The position numbers and the translations under genes are program-made. A DNA stretch of 64,000 nt from an uncultured Eubacteriales bacterium. GTDB taxonomy: Bacteria > Acidobacteriota > Aminicenantia > Aminicenantales > Aminicenantaceae. The stretch covers positions 24,844-88,843 of the forward strand of contig CAZIDF010000002.1 of NCBI GenBank assembly GCA_964538085.1, given 5' to 3'. The notes below the pieces were generated by a model that was not told where the DNA came from, made no database searches, and was given only the letters and a program-made list of their open reading frames with translations. Shown here one piece after another: positions 51,707 to 61,213 of the stretch. How positions within the stretch are numbered: the first letter of the stretch is position 1; every line of letters starts with the position of its first letter.

Positions 51707-52727
51707 AATTTCCTCCCTCTGTCGTTTTGTATTCGTCTTTCAATTCTCTTGACATCAAATCCCGGAAAGCCGCTTTCGGATCCTTCCCTTGGTAAAGCAC
51801 AGAGTAGACTTGCTCACATATGGGCATATCCGCTTTTTCCCTATGAGCTAACTGGCGCACAGATAGGGTCGTCGTGATCCCTTCCGCGATCATTTTCATC
51901 CCAGCGATGATCTCGTCCAAGGTTTTTCCTTTTCCCAATTCAATTCCCACATACCGGTTTCGGCTCAGCTTTCCAGTGCATGTGAGAACAAGGTCGCCAA
52001 TGCCCGCAAGTCCGGCATAGGTTTCCTGTCTTGCCCCGAGGCTTACGCCGAGCCGGGTCATTTCTGTCAGCCCCCGGGTCACCAGTCCTGCCATGGAATT
52101 ACTTCCGAATCCGAAGCTGTCCGAGATACCCGTGGCGATAGCGATGACGTTTTTACATGCTCCGGCCAGTTCGACGCCTATGATATCATCAGAACTGTAG
52201 GCTCGAAAATATAGACTGGATACCAGAGCTTGCATTTTTTTGGCAAGTTCGAGGTTTTTAGAGGAAATCACGACGGCTGTCGGATGCGATTCTGCAACTT
52301 CCCGAGCGAAACTCGGTCCAGATAGGACAGCGATACGAGTGTGGAAAGATTCGGGAAAAACTTCAGTCATGACCTCGCTCATCCTTTTCAGGGTTCCCTC
52401 TTCTATTCCTTTTGTCAAACTCACGATAGATTGTTCAGGATCGAGGAACGGGGCAATTTCCGTATACATTTGACGACAGAATCTTGAAGGAACAGCGATA
52501 AAAACAGCTTCTGTTTTATCGATAGCTTCCTTCAAATCGAGATGAAAGGAGACAGACGATGGAAAAGGGGCTCGAGGAAGGAAAGTCTTGTTTTCTCCGG
52601 TACGGAGGATATCCTCAAAAATCTCATTCTCTCTTATCCAGAGATGGGTATCGATCTGCAATCTTCCCAGATGAATGGCTATGGCGCTTCCCCATGATCC
52701 CCCTCCGATAATACAGACTTTTTTCAC
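51696..52727 (-). CDS. gpsA: NAD(P)H-dependent glycerol-3-phosphate dehydrogenase
   Basis: GGGSWG, LSGPSFA, KNVIAI, GDLVLTC, SRNR. Confidence 0.95.
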   Translation of the reverse strand: MKKVCIIGGGSWGSAIAIHLGRLQIDTHLWIRENEIFEDILRTGENKTFLPRAPFPSSVSFHLDLKEAIDKTEAVFIAVPSRFCRQMYTEIAPFLDPEQSIVSLTKGIEEGTLKRMSEVMTEVFPESFHTRIAVLSGPSFAREVAESHPTAVVISSKNLELAKKMQALVSSLYFRAYSSDDIIGVELAGACKNVIAIATGISDSFGFGSNSMAGLVTRGLTEMTRLGVSLGARQETYAGLAGIGDLVLTCTGKLSRNRYVGIELGKGKTLDEIIAGMKMIAEGITTTLSVRQLAHREKADMPICEQVYSVLYQGKDPKAAFRDLMSRELKDEYKTTEGGNYET

Positions 52728-53311
52728 TCTTTCTCTCCCAATTTTCTTTCGTTTCCTTTCAGGAGACGCTGAATATTGCCTCCATGTCTAATAACGATCA
52801 GAAGAAAAATAGCGATGCTCATAATGGAGATTTCTTGATTGCCCTGAAGAAAATAAATAGAAAAAGGCATGCTCATCATAGCCAATAGGGAGCCCAGTGA
52901 TACATATCGAGACAGGGCGATGATCAAGATGAAAAACCCGATTCCTATCAGCAGAGGTTTAAACGCTAGTATCAGGTACACCCCTACTGCTGTAGCCATT
53001 CCTTTTCCTCCCTTGAATCTGATATAAATCGGATAACAATGGCCCAGGACAGCGAGAAATCCGCAGAATAGCGCGAATCGTTCATCCGGAAAAATCTTAA
53101 GCGCGAGAAAAGCAGGCAAAAATCCCTTCAGGACATCCACAAGAATCACGGGAAGGGCGAACCTCCATCCTTTTAACCTGAGAATGTTCGTAGCGCCGGT
53201 CGTTTGGCTTCCGAAATGACGGATATCTTTTTTTTCACTGAAAAAATACAAAATATAACCCGTAGGAATGGAACCAAGAAGATAAGAAAAAACAGCAAAA
53301 ATGATCTTCAT
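52724..53311 (-). CDS. plsY: Glycerol-3-phosphate acyltransferase PlsY
   Basis: YLLGSIP, GATN, GH.YP..FKGGKG, YVSLGS, H..NI.RL. Confidence 0.95.
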   Translation of the reverse strand: MKIIFAVFSYLLGSIPTGYILYFFSEKKDIRHFGSQTTGATNILRLKGWRFALPVILVDVLKGFLPAFLALKIFPDERFALFCGFLAVLGHCYPIYIRFKGGKGMATAVGVYLILAFKPLLIGIGFFILIIALSRYVSLGSLLAMMSMPFSIYFLQGNQEISIMSIAIFLLIVIRHGGNIQRLLKGNERKLGEKE

Positions 53312-53865
53312 TCCAAATAAAACTCCGATAGAATGGTGTACTCGGCTCCAGTAGGTCTGAGTTTGCTTTCGAATAAGGTTATCGTGTCGACAGTCATCCC
53401 TCCGAAGTCGGTTTCTTTATGTCGGTCAAGCGATTCCAACACCCTTCCGATATTCTGTGGCTCCTTGATTCGGCCTAAGGTAAGATGGGGATGGAATTTT
53501 CTTTTTTCTCTGGGGAATCCAAGTTTGTGGAGTTCATTTTCCAATCGGGTTTGTATGTTTTGCAGTGTCTCATTCATTTCTATACCGATCCAGATAACTC
53601 GAGGATGCTTTGCTCCTGGAGGAAAGGATCCTGTTCCCTTGAGGCTTAGTCGAAAGGGGCGGTAGTCTTTTGTAATATTTCCCAGCATAGATTTGACTTT
53701 TTCAATCTTTTCCCCGTCTATTTCGCCGAAAAATTTAAGGGTTAGATGCATGCCCTGTGTTTTGATCCACCTGATGTTTTTTTCACCGGTGTCCCACTTC
53801 TGGATGTGCGATGAGATCATGTCCTTTATTTCTTTATCGAAATCGATTGCGATAAAGGTTCTCAT
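53308..53865 (-). CDS. thpR: RNA 2',3'-cyclic phosphodiesterase
   Basis: Two HxT motifs (HLTLKF, PHLTLGR). Confidence 0.93.
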   Translation of the reverse strand: MRTFIAIDFDKEIKDMISSHIQKWDTGEKNIRWIKTQGMHLTLKFFGEIDGEKIEKVKSMLGNITKDYRPFRLSLKGTGSFPPGAKHPRVIWIGIEMNETLQNIQTRLENELHKLGFPREKRKFHPHLTLGRIKEPQNIGRVLESLDRHKETDFGGMTVDTITLFESKLRPTGAEYTILSEFYLE

Positions 53866-53867
53866 GT

Positions 53868-55127
53868 TTAACTCAAGTGCATAAGATGTCGCCGAAGCAT
53901 ATCCATCGCCTTTTGGCTAGATTGGAATTTTATCGCATTCCGGCTGCCTAAAAAAAGATTTTTTTTGACGAGAACTTCGTTATCGGCCGCAAGGGCTGTG
54001 TAAACCAAGCCCACAGGCTTTTCCTTTGTCCCGCCTGAAGGGCCTGCGATGCCTGTGATGGATAAACCGAAGTCAGCCTTCGCTCTTTTTTGGATTCCTG
54101 TGGCCATGGCCCGTGCGACTTGAGGGCTAACCGCTCCAAACTTTTCGATTTTGTCTGGAGGCACTCCGAGCAGATCGATTTTTGCCTGGTTACTGTAGGC
54201 CAATACACCTTGGAGGAAGTAAGTCGAACTTCCTGGGACATTGGTGATACGGTGGCCGAGATAACCTCCTGTGCAAGACTCGGCTACAGCGAGAGTCTGT
54301 TTTTTCCCCTTGAGATATTGGCCTATGACCTCTTCCAGTTCTTCTCCTTCCGTAGTGAAAACTCCTTCCTTGAGTACTTCACAGATGAGATGTGTGGCTT
54401 GGTCGACTTTTCGTTTGGCTTTGGAAAGGCTTTCGCCGGAGACGCTTTTGAGGTGGAGCGCGATCTCTCCGGGACGAGCCAGGGTGGTGAGTTGGACATC
54501 TGGCATGTTGGGATAAACATCCACCAGCCAAGACTCGATCCTGGATTCTGTAAGGCCCGCTGTTTTTATCACCCGGCGAAAGACATGATATTTTTTGAAG
54601 GTTTGGAGGCGAGGCCAAACCATATTTTCGAACATGGATTGCATCTCGTGCGGAGGGCCTGGAAGCAGTATGATCGTATTCCTTTCCCATTTGATCCAGG
54701 TGCCGGGAGCTGTGCCATTTTTGTTTTCGAGGACGACCGAGTTTTCGATGATATAAGCTTGTTTTTTATTGACTTCGGGCATTTTCATCCGACGCCGGGC
54801 AAATCTTTTCTCGATCGTTTTGAATAGATCTTGTTTGTAAATGAGTTTTTTGCCCAATACAGAGGCCAGAACTTCTCGGGTTCGATCGTCTTTTGTGGGC
54901 CCGAGTCCTCCTGTGGCGATCACGATGGTTGATCGCTCAAGAGCCTGTTTGATGGCGAGAGAAAGGCTGTCCCATGTATCTCCCACGATCGTTTTGAATT
55001 GGATGTCAAGACCTAAGTCATTCAACCTTTTTGTCAAATAAAGAGAATTCGTGTCTTGAAAATGGGGAGTGAGCATCTCGGATCCTACGGCCAGGATCTC
55101 TGCTGTAAAATCTTTGGCAGGTCTCAT
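53868..55127 (-). CDS. cinA: CinA (MoCF-like + NMN deamidase)
   Basis: GSE, DTNS, TGGLGPT.DD.T, LPGPP.E, AESCTGG, ITGIAGP. Confidence 0.93.
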   Translation of the reverse strand: MRPAKDFTAEILAVGSEMLTPHFQDTNSLYLTKRLNDLGLDIQFKTIVGDTWDSLSLAIKQALERSTIVIATGGLGPTKDDRTREVLASVLGKKLIYKQDLFKTIEKRFARRRMKMPEVNKKQAYIIENSVVLENKNGTAPGTWIKWERNTIILLPGPPHEMQSMFENMVWPRLQTFKKYHVFRRVIKTAGLTESRIESWLVDVYPNMPDVQLTTLARPGEIALHLKSVSGESLSKAKRKVDQATHLICEVLKEGVFTTEGEELEEVIGQYLKGKKQTLAVAESCTGGYLGHRITNVPGSSTYFLQGVLAYSNQAKIDLLGVPPDKIEKFGAVSPQVARAMATGIQKRAKADFGLSITGIAGPSGGTKEKPVGLVYTALAADNEVLVKKNLFLGSRNAIKFQSSQKAMDMLRRHLMHLS

Positions 55128-55573
55128 GTCAACAATAGGTAGAGATTGATCAGGATTCCAGCAAAAATTGCGGCAACGATATCATCCAGCATGATGCCGA
55201 ATCCTCCTGGAAATCTTTCGACCCTTTTGATCGGATAGGGTTTGACGATGTCAAAAAAGCGGAAAAGAACAAAACTTGCCGCACAAAGCGACCACTGGGG
55301 ACTGAGGAGAAACAGGGCGATAAGCTGACCTGTCGCTTCATCTATTACAACGGTTCGTGGATCTTCCTTTTTCAACATCCGCGAGTAGACATCGGATACG
55401 AATATTCCGAGGACAAAAAGCACGAAAAATAACAAAAGATAAATTGGCCAATTCAGCTTGTGAAGAAAAAACTTGTACAGGAGGACGATGATCGCGCTGG
55501 TCAGAGTCCCAGGCGCCACTGGGAAATATCCTGCTCCGAAAAAGGTTGCCGCAATTTGAAAAATTCGTTTCAT
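55124..55573 (-). CDS. pgpA: Phosphatidylglycerophosphatase A
   Basis: PVAPGT, DP..VVIDE, FRFFDIVKP, MLDD. Confidence 0.93.
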   Translation of the reverse strand: MKRIFQIAATFFGAGYFPVAPGTLTSAIIVLLYKFFLHKLNWPIYLLLFFVLFVLGIFVSDVYSRMLKKEDPRTVVIDEATGQLIALFLLSPQWSLCAASFVLFRFFDIVKPYPIKRVERFPGGFGIMLDDIVAAIFAGILINLYLLLT

Positions 55574-56889
55574 CGTTTCAAGCTTCCGTATAAATCATAT
55601 ACATCCCTGTCGGTGATTTCAACTTTTTGGATCGTGTTAATCACTTCTTTTTTTAATTCCTCGGTAGGGATGAATACCATTCCATCCACTTCGGGCGCTT
55701 GGAATTGTCCCCGACCGACCATCAAACTCTGATCTTGTTTCAGAGTTCCCTCGATCAAGATGTCGATGTCTTTGCCGACATACTTTTTGTTGTTTTCATA
55801 GGATAATTCTGACTGAATACCCATGATATCATGTTTTCGCATCTGCTTGACACTCTCCTCCACAGGGTCGCCCAGTTCGAAACAAGACGTGCCTTCCTCG
55901 CGTGAATAGGTGAAGACACCCAAGTGGTCAAAGCGGGCTTGTGCGATAAAGGATTTCAAATCATCGAACTCTTGTTCGCCTTCTCCAGGGAATCCGACGA
56001 TCAATGAAGTCCTGATCGCTATGTCCGGATTTCGTTTTCTTGTGTGTTCCAAGAATTTTAGAGATTTTTTTCCATCCCACCCTCTTTTCATGCGTTTTGT
56101 GATGGAGGGATGGGAGTGCTGGAATGGAATATCCAGATAGGAGCAGATCCTTTCCTCGTGCATAATTTCCAATAGAGAATCCGTGACCTCCTCTGGGTAG
56201 CTGTACAGCATTCTGATCCACCCGAGATTTTCGATTTTTAGAAGTTCCTCCAGCAAAAGAACGAGCCCATCCTTCAATCGATGATCACTCCCATAATAGG
56301 TGGTGTCTTGCGAGATAAGATCGATCTCTTTTATGCCCTTGGCCACCAGATCGGAGACCTCATTCACGATGGAGGGAATGGATCGGGATCGATAGGGACC
56401 TTTGATCGATGGGATGGCGCAAAAGGAACAATGTTTCGAACAACCCTCGGAAATTTTGACATAGGCCCAAGCCGGAGGAGTCGAGATCAATCGGGGAGAG
56501 GTATGATCGTACATAAAACAATTTTGGGCACTCTCATAGGGTTTTCCTTCGATGATCTGCCCGATCTTGTCAAAATCTTTCACTCCCGTCCAAGCATCGA
56601 CTTCAGGAAAAGCCTCCTGGAGGCTCTTTTGGCTTCGCTCTACATAACATCCGGAAACGATGATTTTTTTATATCTTGATTTGTTTTTTTCTCGCACCGC
56701 TTTTTCGATGGCATCCCGAGCTTCTTGTCGAGCAGGATGGATGAAACCACAGGTGTTGATGATGATGATATCCGCTAAGGCTGTCTCCGGGACGAATTGA
56801 TATGTCTGTTTTTCCAAAACACCGAGCATGACCTCGCTATCGACGAGGTTTTTGGTGCATCCCAAACTCACCAGGGCGACTTTTTTCAT
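55570..56889 (-). CDS. rimO: Ribosomal protein S12 methylthiotransferase
   Basis: SLGCTKNLVDSE, NTCGFI, KISEGCSKHCSFC, APEVDG. Confidence 0.95.
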   Translation of the reverse strand: MKKVALVSLGCTKNLVDSEVMLGVLEKQTYQFVPETALADIIIINTCGFIHPARQEARDAIEKAVREKNKSRYKKIIVSGCYVERSQKSLQEAFPEVDAWTGVKDFDKIGQIIEGKPYESAQNCFMYDHTSPRLISTPPAWAYVKISEGCSKHCSFCAIPSIKGPYRSRSIPSIVNEVSDLVAKGIKEIDLISQDTTYYGSDHRLKDGLVLLLEELLKIENLGWIRMLYSYPEEVTDSLLEIMHEERICSYLDIPFQHSHPSITKRMKRGWDGKKSLKFLEHTRKRNPDIAIRTSLIVGFPGEGEQEFDDLKSFIAQARFDHLGVFTYSREEGTSCFELGDPVEESVKQMRKHDIMGIQSELSYENNKKYVGKDIDILIEGTLKQDQSLMVGRGQFQAPEVDGMVFIPTEELKKEVINTIQKVEITDRDVYDLYGSLKR

Positions 56890-56992
56890 CTTCTCCTCAT
56901 TGTAAATTCACAGCCGAAAAGAGTAAAGGGAAAGTAGGCATTTCAATTTCCGTGATACACGTGGCTTTTGGGGATGGTTGAAGCGACTATTG

Positions 56993-57189
56993 AAGGTTTA
57001 GCCATTCCTACCGTTCTTCGAGGGTATCTGACTCAGTCAGACGGCGATGTTGTATTGAGCACGACTTTGACTGGGAGTACACGCTAAGGGCAAGCATGGG
57101 AACAGAGGATAAAGGAGAAGAGCAAGGTGTTATCGTGCGCAGTTCAGAGCCGCCGAGAAGGAAGGTAAAGAAATGGCGTGTAAAATCTT
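56993..57189 (+). ncRNA. Candidate structured ncRNA, possibly 6S RNA
   Basis: About 195-nt intergenic rod. GCCATTCCT/AGAAATGGC, TACC/GGTA, TTCTTCG/CGAGAA and TCTGA/TCAGA pair in nested order around a purine-rich interior. Identity and strand are tentative. Confidence 0.4.
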
Positions 57190-57302
57190 CATAAAAGCAA
57201 AACCATTCCCAAAAGCTGATATAGATCCTTTTGGTATTACGGAAATTGAAATGCATAAAAAGGAAAATGCCTAAAACCAAGTTTGTCTGGATGTGAAATG
57301 AA

Positions 57303-58595
57303 TTAAGGGTAGATTTTGTACAGCAGGCGGGGGAAAGGGATGGCCTCGCGGATGTGCTTTATTTTGCAGATCCACGACAAGGTTCTCTCCAGCCCCAGTC
57401 CGAATCCCGAGTGGGGTACGGAGCCGTATTTCCGGAGATCCAGATACCATGCGTAATCTTCTCTCGGAAGATGGTGTTCTTGGATGCGTCTTTCAAGCAA
57501 TGCGAGGTCATGGATCCGCTGACCTCCACCGATAAGCTCCCCATACCCTTCAGAAGCGAACACATCCACACCCAGGACCTCCTCAGGATTTTCCTCATCC
57601 GGCTGCATGTAAAAGGCCTTTATCTGGGCCGGAAAATGAGTGACGCATACGGGTGAATCATAGATTTCGGAAATGATGGTTTCCTCCGGCGCTCCGAAAT
57701 CATCTCCCCAATCGATCTTCGATCCTCTTTTTTTGAGATCGGGAAGGATATCTCGATATTTAATCCGCGGAAAGGGTTTTTTTACACTTTCGAGCGGGGC
57801 GATCTCCCTTTCCAGAATATCGAGTTCTGCCCTTCTCTTTTCCAAGATACGCGCGACCACAGACACGATCAAGTCTTCGGCCAATTCGGTTATTTCTTCC
57901 AAATTTGCAAAAGCCACTTCTGGTTCGACCATCCAGAATTCGATCAAGTGTTTCCGTGTCTTGGATTTTTCTGCCCGGAATGTCGGTCCGAAGCAATAGA
58001 CTTTGCCGAAGGACATTGCCGTGGCTTCGTTATAAAGCTGCCCGCTCTGGCTCAAATAGGCCTTTTGGTCGAAGTATTCGGTTTCGAACAGGGTGGTCGT
58101 TCCCTCGCAGGCACTGGGGGTCAGTATCGGGGTATCCATATTCCGGAATCCCCGGGAGTCGAAAAAGTCGCGGATGGCCTTGATGAGCTCAGCTCTTATC
58201 TGGAGCACGGCATGCTGTCTTTTTGAACGCAGCCAGAGGTGGCGGTGCTCCATCAGGAAAGGAATCCCGTGTTCTTTGGGCGTGATCGGGTATTCGGGAG
58301 CGATCTGGATGATTTCCAGATCCGAAATTTCCAATTCAAATCCGCCAGGCGCTCTTTTGTCCTCTTTCACGGTGCCACGGACAATGAGGGAGGACTCTTG
58401 TGTGAGGCAGTCGAATTTTGAAAAAAGAGGGTGATCCTTATCCTGGCTGTAGATCGTTCCCTGGATCATTCCGGTTCCGTCTCGAATCAGGAGAAAACGG
58501 ATCTTTCCACCGGACCGTTTGTTATAAACCCATCCCCTCAATTCGACTTCTTGGCCCTTAAAATCTGCAAGATCTTCGATATAAACCCATTTCAT
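57303..58595 (-). CDS. asnS: Asparagine--tRNA ligase
   Basis: [52 protein letters not shown]. Confidence 0.95.
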   Translation of the reverse strand: MKWVYIEDLADFKGQEVELRGWVYNKRSGGKIRFLLIRDGTGMIQGTIYSQDKDHPLFSKFDCLTQESSLIVRGTVKEDKRAPGGFELEISDLEIIQIAPEYPITPKEHGIPFLMEHRHLWLRSKRQHAVLQIRAELIKAIRDFFDSRGFRNMDTPILTPSACEGTTTLFETEYFDQKAYLSQSGQLYNEATAMSFGKVYCFGPTFRAEKSKTRKHLIEFWMVEPEVAFANLEEITELAEDLIVSVVARILEKRRAELDILEREIAPLESVKKPFPRIKYRDILPDLKKRGSKIDWGDDFGAPEETIISEIYDSPVCVTHFPAQIKAFYMQPDEENPEEVLGVDVFASEGYGELIGGGQRIHDLALLERRIQEHHLPREDYAWYLDLRKYGSVPHSGFGLGLERTLSWICKIKHIREAIPFPRLLYKIYP

Positions 58596-58629
58596 GATGT
58601 CCCGATTATAATGAATTCACGATAGAGGG

Positions 58630-59697
58630 TCAATAAGTCCACCCGTACTCATATCCGGTTTCATACATTGCCAGGATGTTTTCTACAGGCGTGATGGATT
58701 GGATGTTGTGACAGGGAGCGAGGATGTAACCGCCGTTTGCGCCTAGGATTCTCAGGTTATCCAGGACTTCTTCTTTGACATCCGCCACACTCCCGAATGG
58801 CAATGTGTGCTGATTGTCCATCGCTCCGTGAAGGACAACGGTATCGCCAAAATCTTTCTTGATACCCTCACGGCTCATGTTTTTTGACCGCCACTGTATA
58901 GGATTGAGAATATCGATCCCCGATGCGACCATGTCGGGTATGATGCGACGGATGCTGCCGTCATTATGATGGAAGACGAAAGCCCCCTGACTGTGGATAA
59001 AATCGATGACCTGTTTCATTTTAGGGAGGAGAAACTCCCGGATATGTGTTGGGGACAACATCAGGTCCTCCTGTCCGCCCATATCTTCCGCCACATATGT
59101 CAGCATCACTCTGCCGGGGATCTGTTCGTACATGCGTTGTATTTCTGTGAAGCCGAGATCGAAAAGCTTATTCATACAAAAATGCACCAATTCCGGATTC
59201 TCGACCAAATCCGCAAAGGCTTTTTCTTGCCCCCGCAAATCTTTATAGATCAGAAAGGGCTCATAATGACCGGCCAGGATAGGGAAATCGTTTTTTTTCG
59301 AGATCTGCGAAGGAATGGAGCTGTAATCCCACCAGTCTGGTTTCGGCCAGGAATAATTCCTCTTCACATCTTCGAGGGAATCATACTGAGCGAGGGGGTG
59401 GAAGATGCATTCTCTATATGTGCCGGTTCCATAGTCCACCTCACGGTAGCAGCATCCAAAGAGGTCGGAATCTTTCGGCATAGAGGGCCCGATATATTCC
59501 GGAGTGACCTTTACAGCCATATCGATATGGAGTCTGCGGCACATCTCCTCTATGATCGAACAGCCGAGGTGTTTTAAAAGCATGGCTGTCGTCTCAGGAG
59601 TCGCCCAATAATCCATCGGGATCCGGTCGGGCTTTTTTCGGCTGAGGACGGCCAGCCAGCGTTCTTTTGGTGTCATCCATTCTTCAGGCATGAACAA
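58630..59697 (-). CDS. Uroporphyrinogen decarboxylase/MtaA-CmuA family protein
   Basis: MTPKER...PDRIP, D.G.Q, HNDG, LNPIQ, GGYILAPCHNI. Confidence 0.85.
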   Translation of the reverse strand: MFMPEEWMTPKERWLAVLSRKKPDRIPMDYWATPETTAMLLKHLGCSIIEEMCRRLHIDMAVKVTPEYIGPSMPKDSDLFGCCYREVDYGTGTYRECIFHPLAQYDSLEDVKRNYSWPKPDWWDYSSIPSQISKKNDFPILAGHYEPFLIYKDLRGQEKAFADLVENPELVHFCMNKLFDLGFTEIQRMYEQIPGRVMLTYVAEDMGGQEDLMLSPTHIREFLLPKMKQVIDFIHSQGAFVFHHNDGSIRRIIPDMVASGIDILNPIQWRSKNMSREGIKKDFGDTVVLHGAMDNQHTLPFGSVADVKEEVLDNLRILGANGGYILAPCHNIQSITPVENILAMYETGYEYGWTY

Positions 59698-59829
59698 TCC
59701 TGGTTAAACGATAATGCTTGGGGTTTATATTGCTAGGCTTTATCCCAAAAGTCAACAGGGTTTCCGGATGGGCCCTTGTGTCATACCCCATCATCGTGTA
59801 TATTACACCTCATCATAAAAGGCTTTGAA

Positions 59830-61200
59830 ATGGCCATTTCTTTTTCGCGCATAACCGACCGGATGGACCACCTGTACGAGTTCGATCGCGAGCCCGTTTC
59901 TTCGGATAAGCTGCAATCCGGAGCCAGGTTTGCGGGGCTTTTTGCCGGCGAACATGTGGCCGCCACAGAATTTGTGATCGGCGCTTTTTTTGTTCTTCAC
60001 GGCGTAAGCTTTCAAGATTTGCTGATTGGCTTGTTTCTGGGAAATCTTTTGGCGGTCCTGTCATGGACGTTCATCTGTGCGCCGATCGCAACCCAAACGC
60101 GCCTGACCTTGTACTGGTATTTGAGAAAAATAGCCGGCCCCGGGCTCAATTTTATCTACAACTTTGCCAATGCCATCCTGTATTGCATACTGGCAGGGGC
60201 TATGATTGCCGTTTCTGCAACAGCTCTCGGGCTCGTTTTTGGGATCGCAATCCCATCTCTGGATGATGTGTTCCCCCCAAGCCTGGGCTGGATTTTTTTG
60301 ACTATGGCCATCGGTATCGCATTCACCGTGTTGGCTGTCCTTGGTTTCGAAAGATTGAGCCGGTTTGCCCTCTTCTTCTCGCCATGGATTTTTGTTTTGT
60401 TCATAGCTGGAGCCCTGGTTCTTCTTCCGAGATTGGGGGTCAATGCCAATTTCGACAATTTTTTTGTTGTCGCTAAAGCCAAGATCTGGAACGGAATAGC
60501 CGCTGAAGGCCAAGAAAAATTCGGTCTGGCCCATATCCTGTTTTTTGCCTGGTTCTGCAATCTCGCCATGCACATCGGGCTTTCGGATATGGCCCTTTTA
60601 CGTTACGCGAAAAGATGGACCTATGGACTTTATTCTGCATTCGGGATGTATGGCGGACATTTTCTCGCTTGGATTTGTTCGGGAATAATGGTGGCCGCCA
60701 TCGGGCGTGAGATGCATCCTGGCCTCATGGCTTTTGAAGCCTTGGGAATAGCCGGAGCCATCGGTGTTTTTATTGCGGGTTGGACCACGGCAAATCCCAC
60801 TCTGTACAGGGCAGGTCTCGCTCTGCAGGCCATAACACCCAATTGGCCCCGCTGGAAGATCACGCTCTCTGCAGGCCTTTTGACCACTGTCCTTTCGTGT
60901 TTTCCTATTTTTTTTATGAGGCTTTTGGATTATGTCGCGATATATGGTCTGATTTTAATGCCCATAGGTGCCATTGTGCTCGCCGAACATTGGATTTTCC
61001 CTTTGCTTAAGATCGAACAATATCAGACCGAAAAAAAGAAAAAACTATTCAATAAAAGGGCGCTGATCGTATGGGTAGGGACATTATTGGTTTGTTATTT
61101 TATGCCGGTTCATCTTTTTTTCCGTTGGCTCCCAGGATATATCTTGGCACTGCTCGCTTATATTCTGCTCCATATGATTGGGAAGAAGCAGGAATCCTAA
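59830..61200 (+). CDS. NCS1/cytosine-permease-like transporter
   Basis: GEHVAATEF, GNLLAVLSW, AGWTTANPTLY, about 12 TM segments. Confidence 0.8.
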   Translation: MAISFSRITDRMDHLYEFDREPVSSDKLQSGARFAGLFAGEHVAATEFVIGAFFVLHGVSFQDLLIGLFLGNLLAVLSWTFICAPIATQTRLTLYWYLRKIAGPGLNFIYNFANAILYCILAGAMIAVSATALGLVFGIAIPSLDDVFPPSLGWIFLTMAIGIAFTVLAVLGFERLSRFALFFSPWIFVLFIAGALVLLPRLGVNANFDNFFVVAKAKIWNGIAAEGQEKFGLAHILFFAWFCNLAMHIGLSDMALLRYAKRWTYGLYSAFGMYGGHFLAWICSGIMVAAIGREMHPGLMAFEALGIAGAIGVFIAGWTTANPTLYRAGLALQAITPNWPRWKITLSAGLLTTVLSCFPIFFMRLLDYVAIYGLILMPIGAIVLAEHWIFPLLKIEQYQTEKKKKLFNKRALIVWVGTLLVCYFMPVHLFFRWLPGYILALLAYILLHMIGKKQES

Positions 61201-61213
61201 CCTCTGGATAATT

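Noticed and set aside
57008-57280. 90-aa minus-strand ORF between rimO and asnS
   Set aside because: No RBS or recognisable motif, and the region is better explained by RNA structure.
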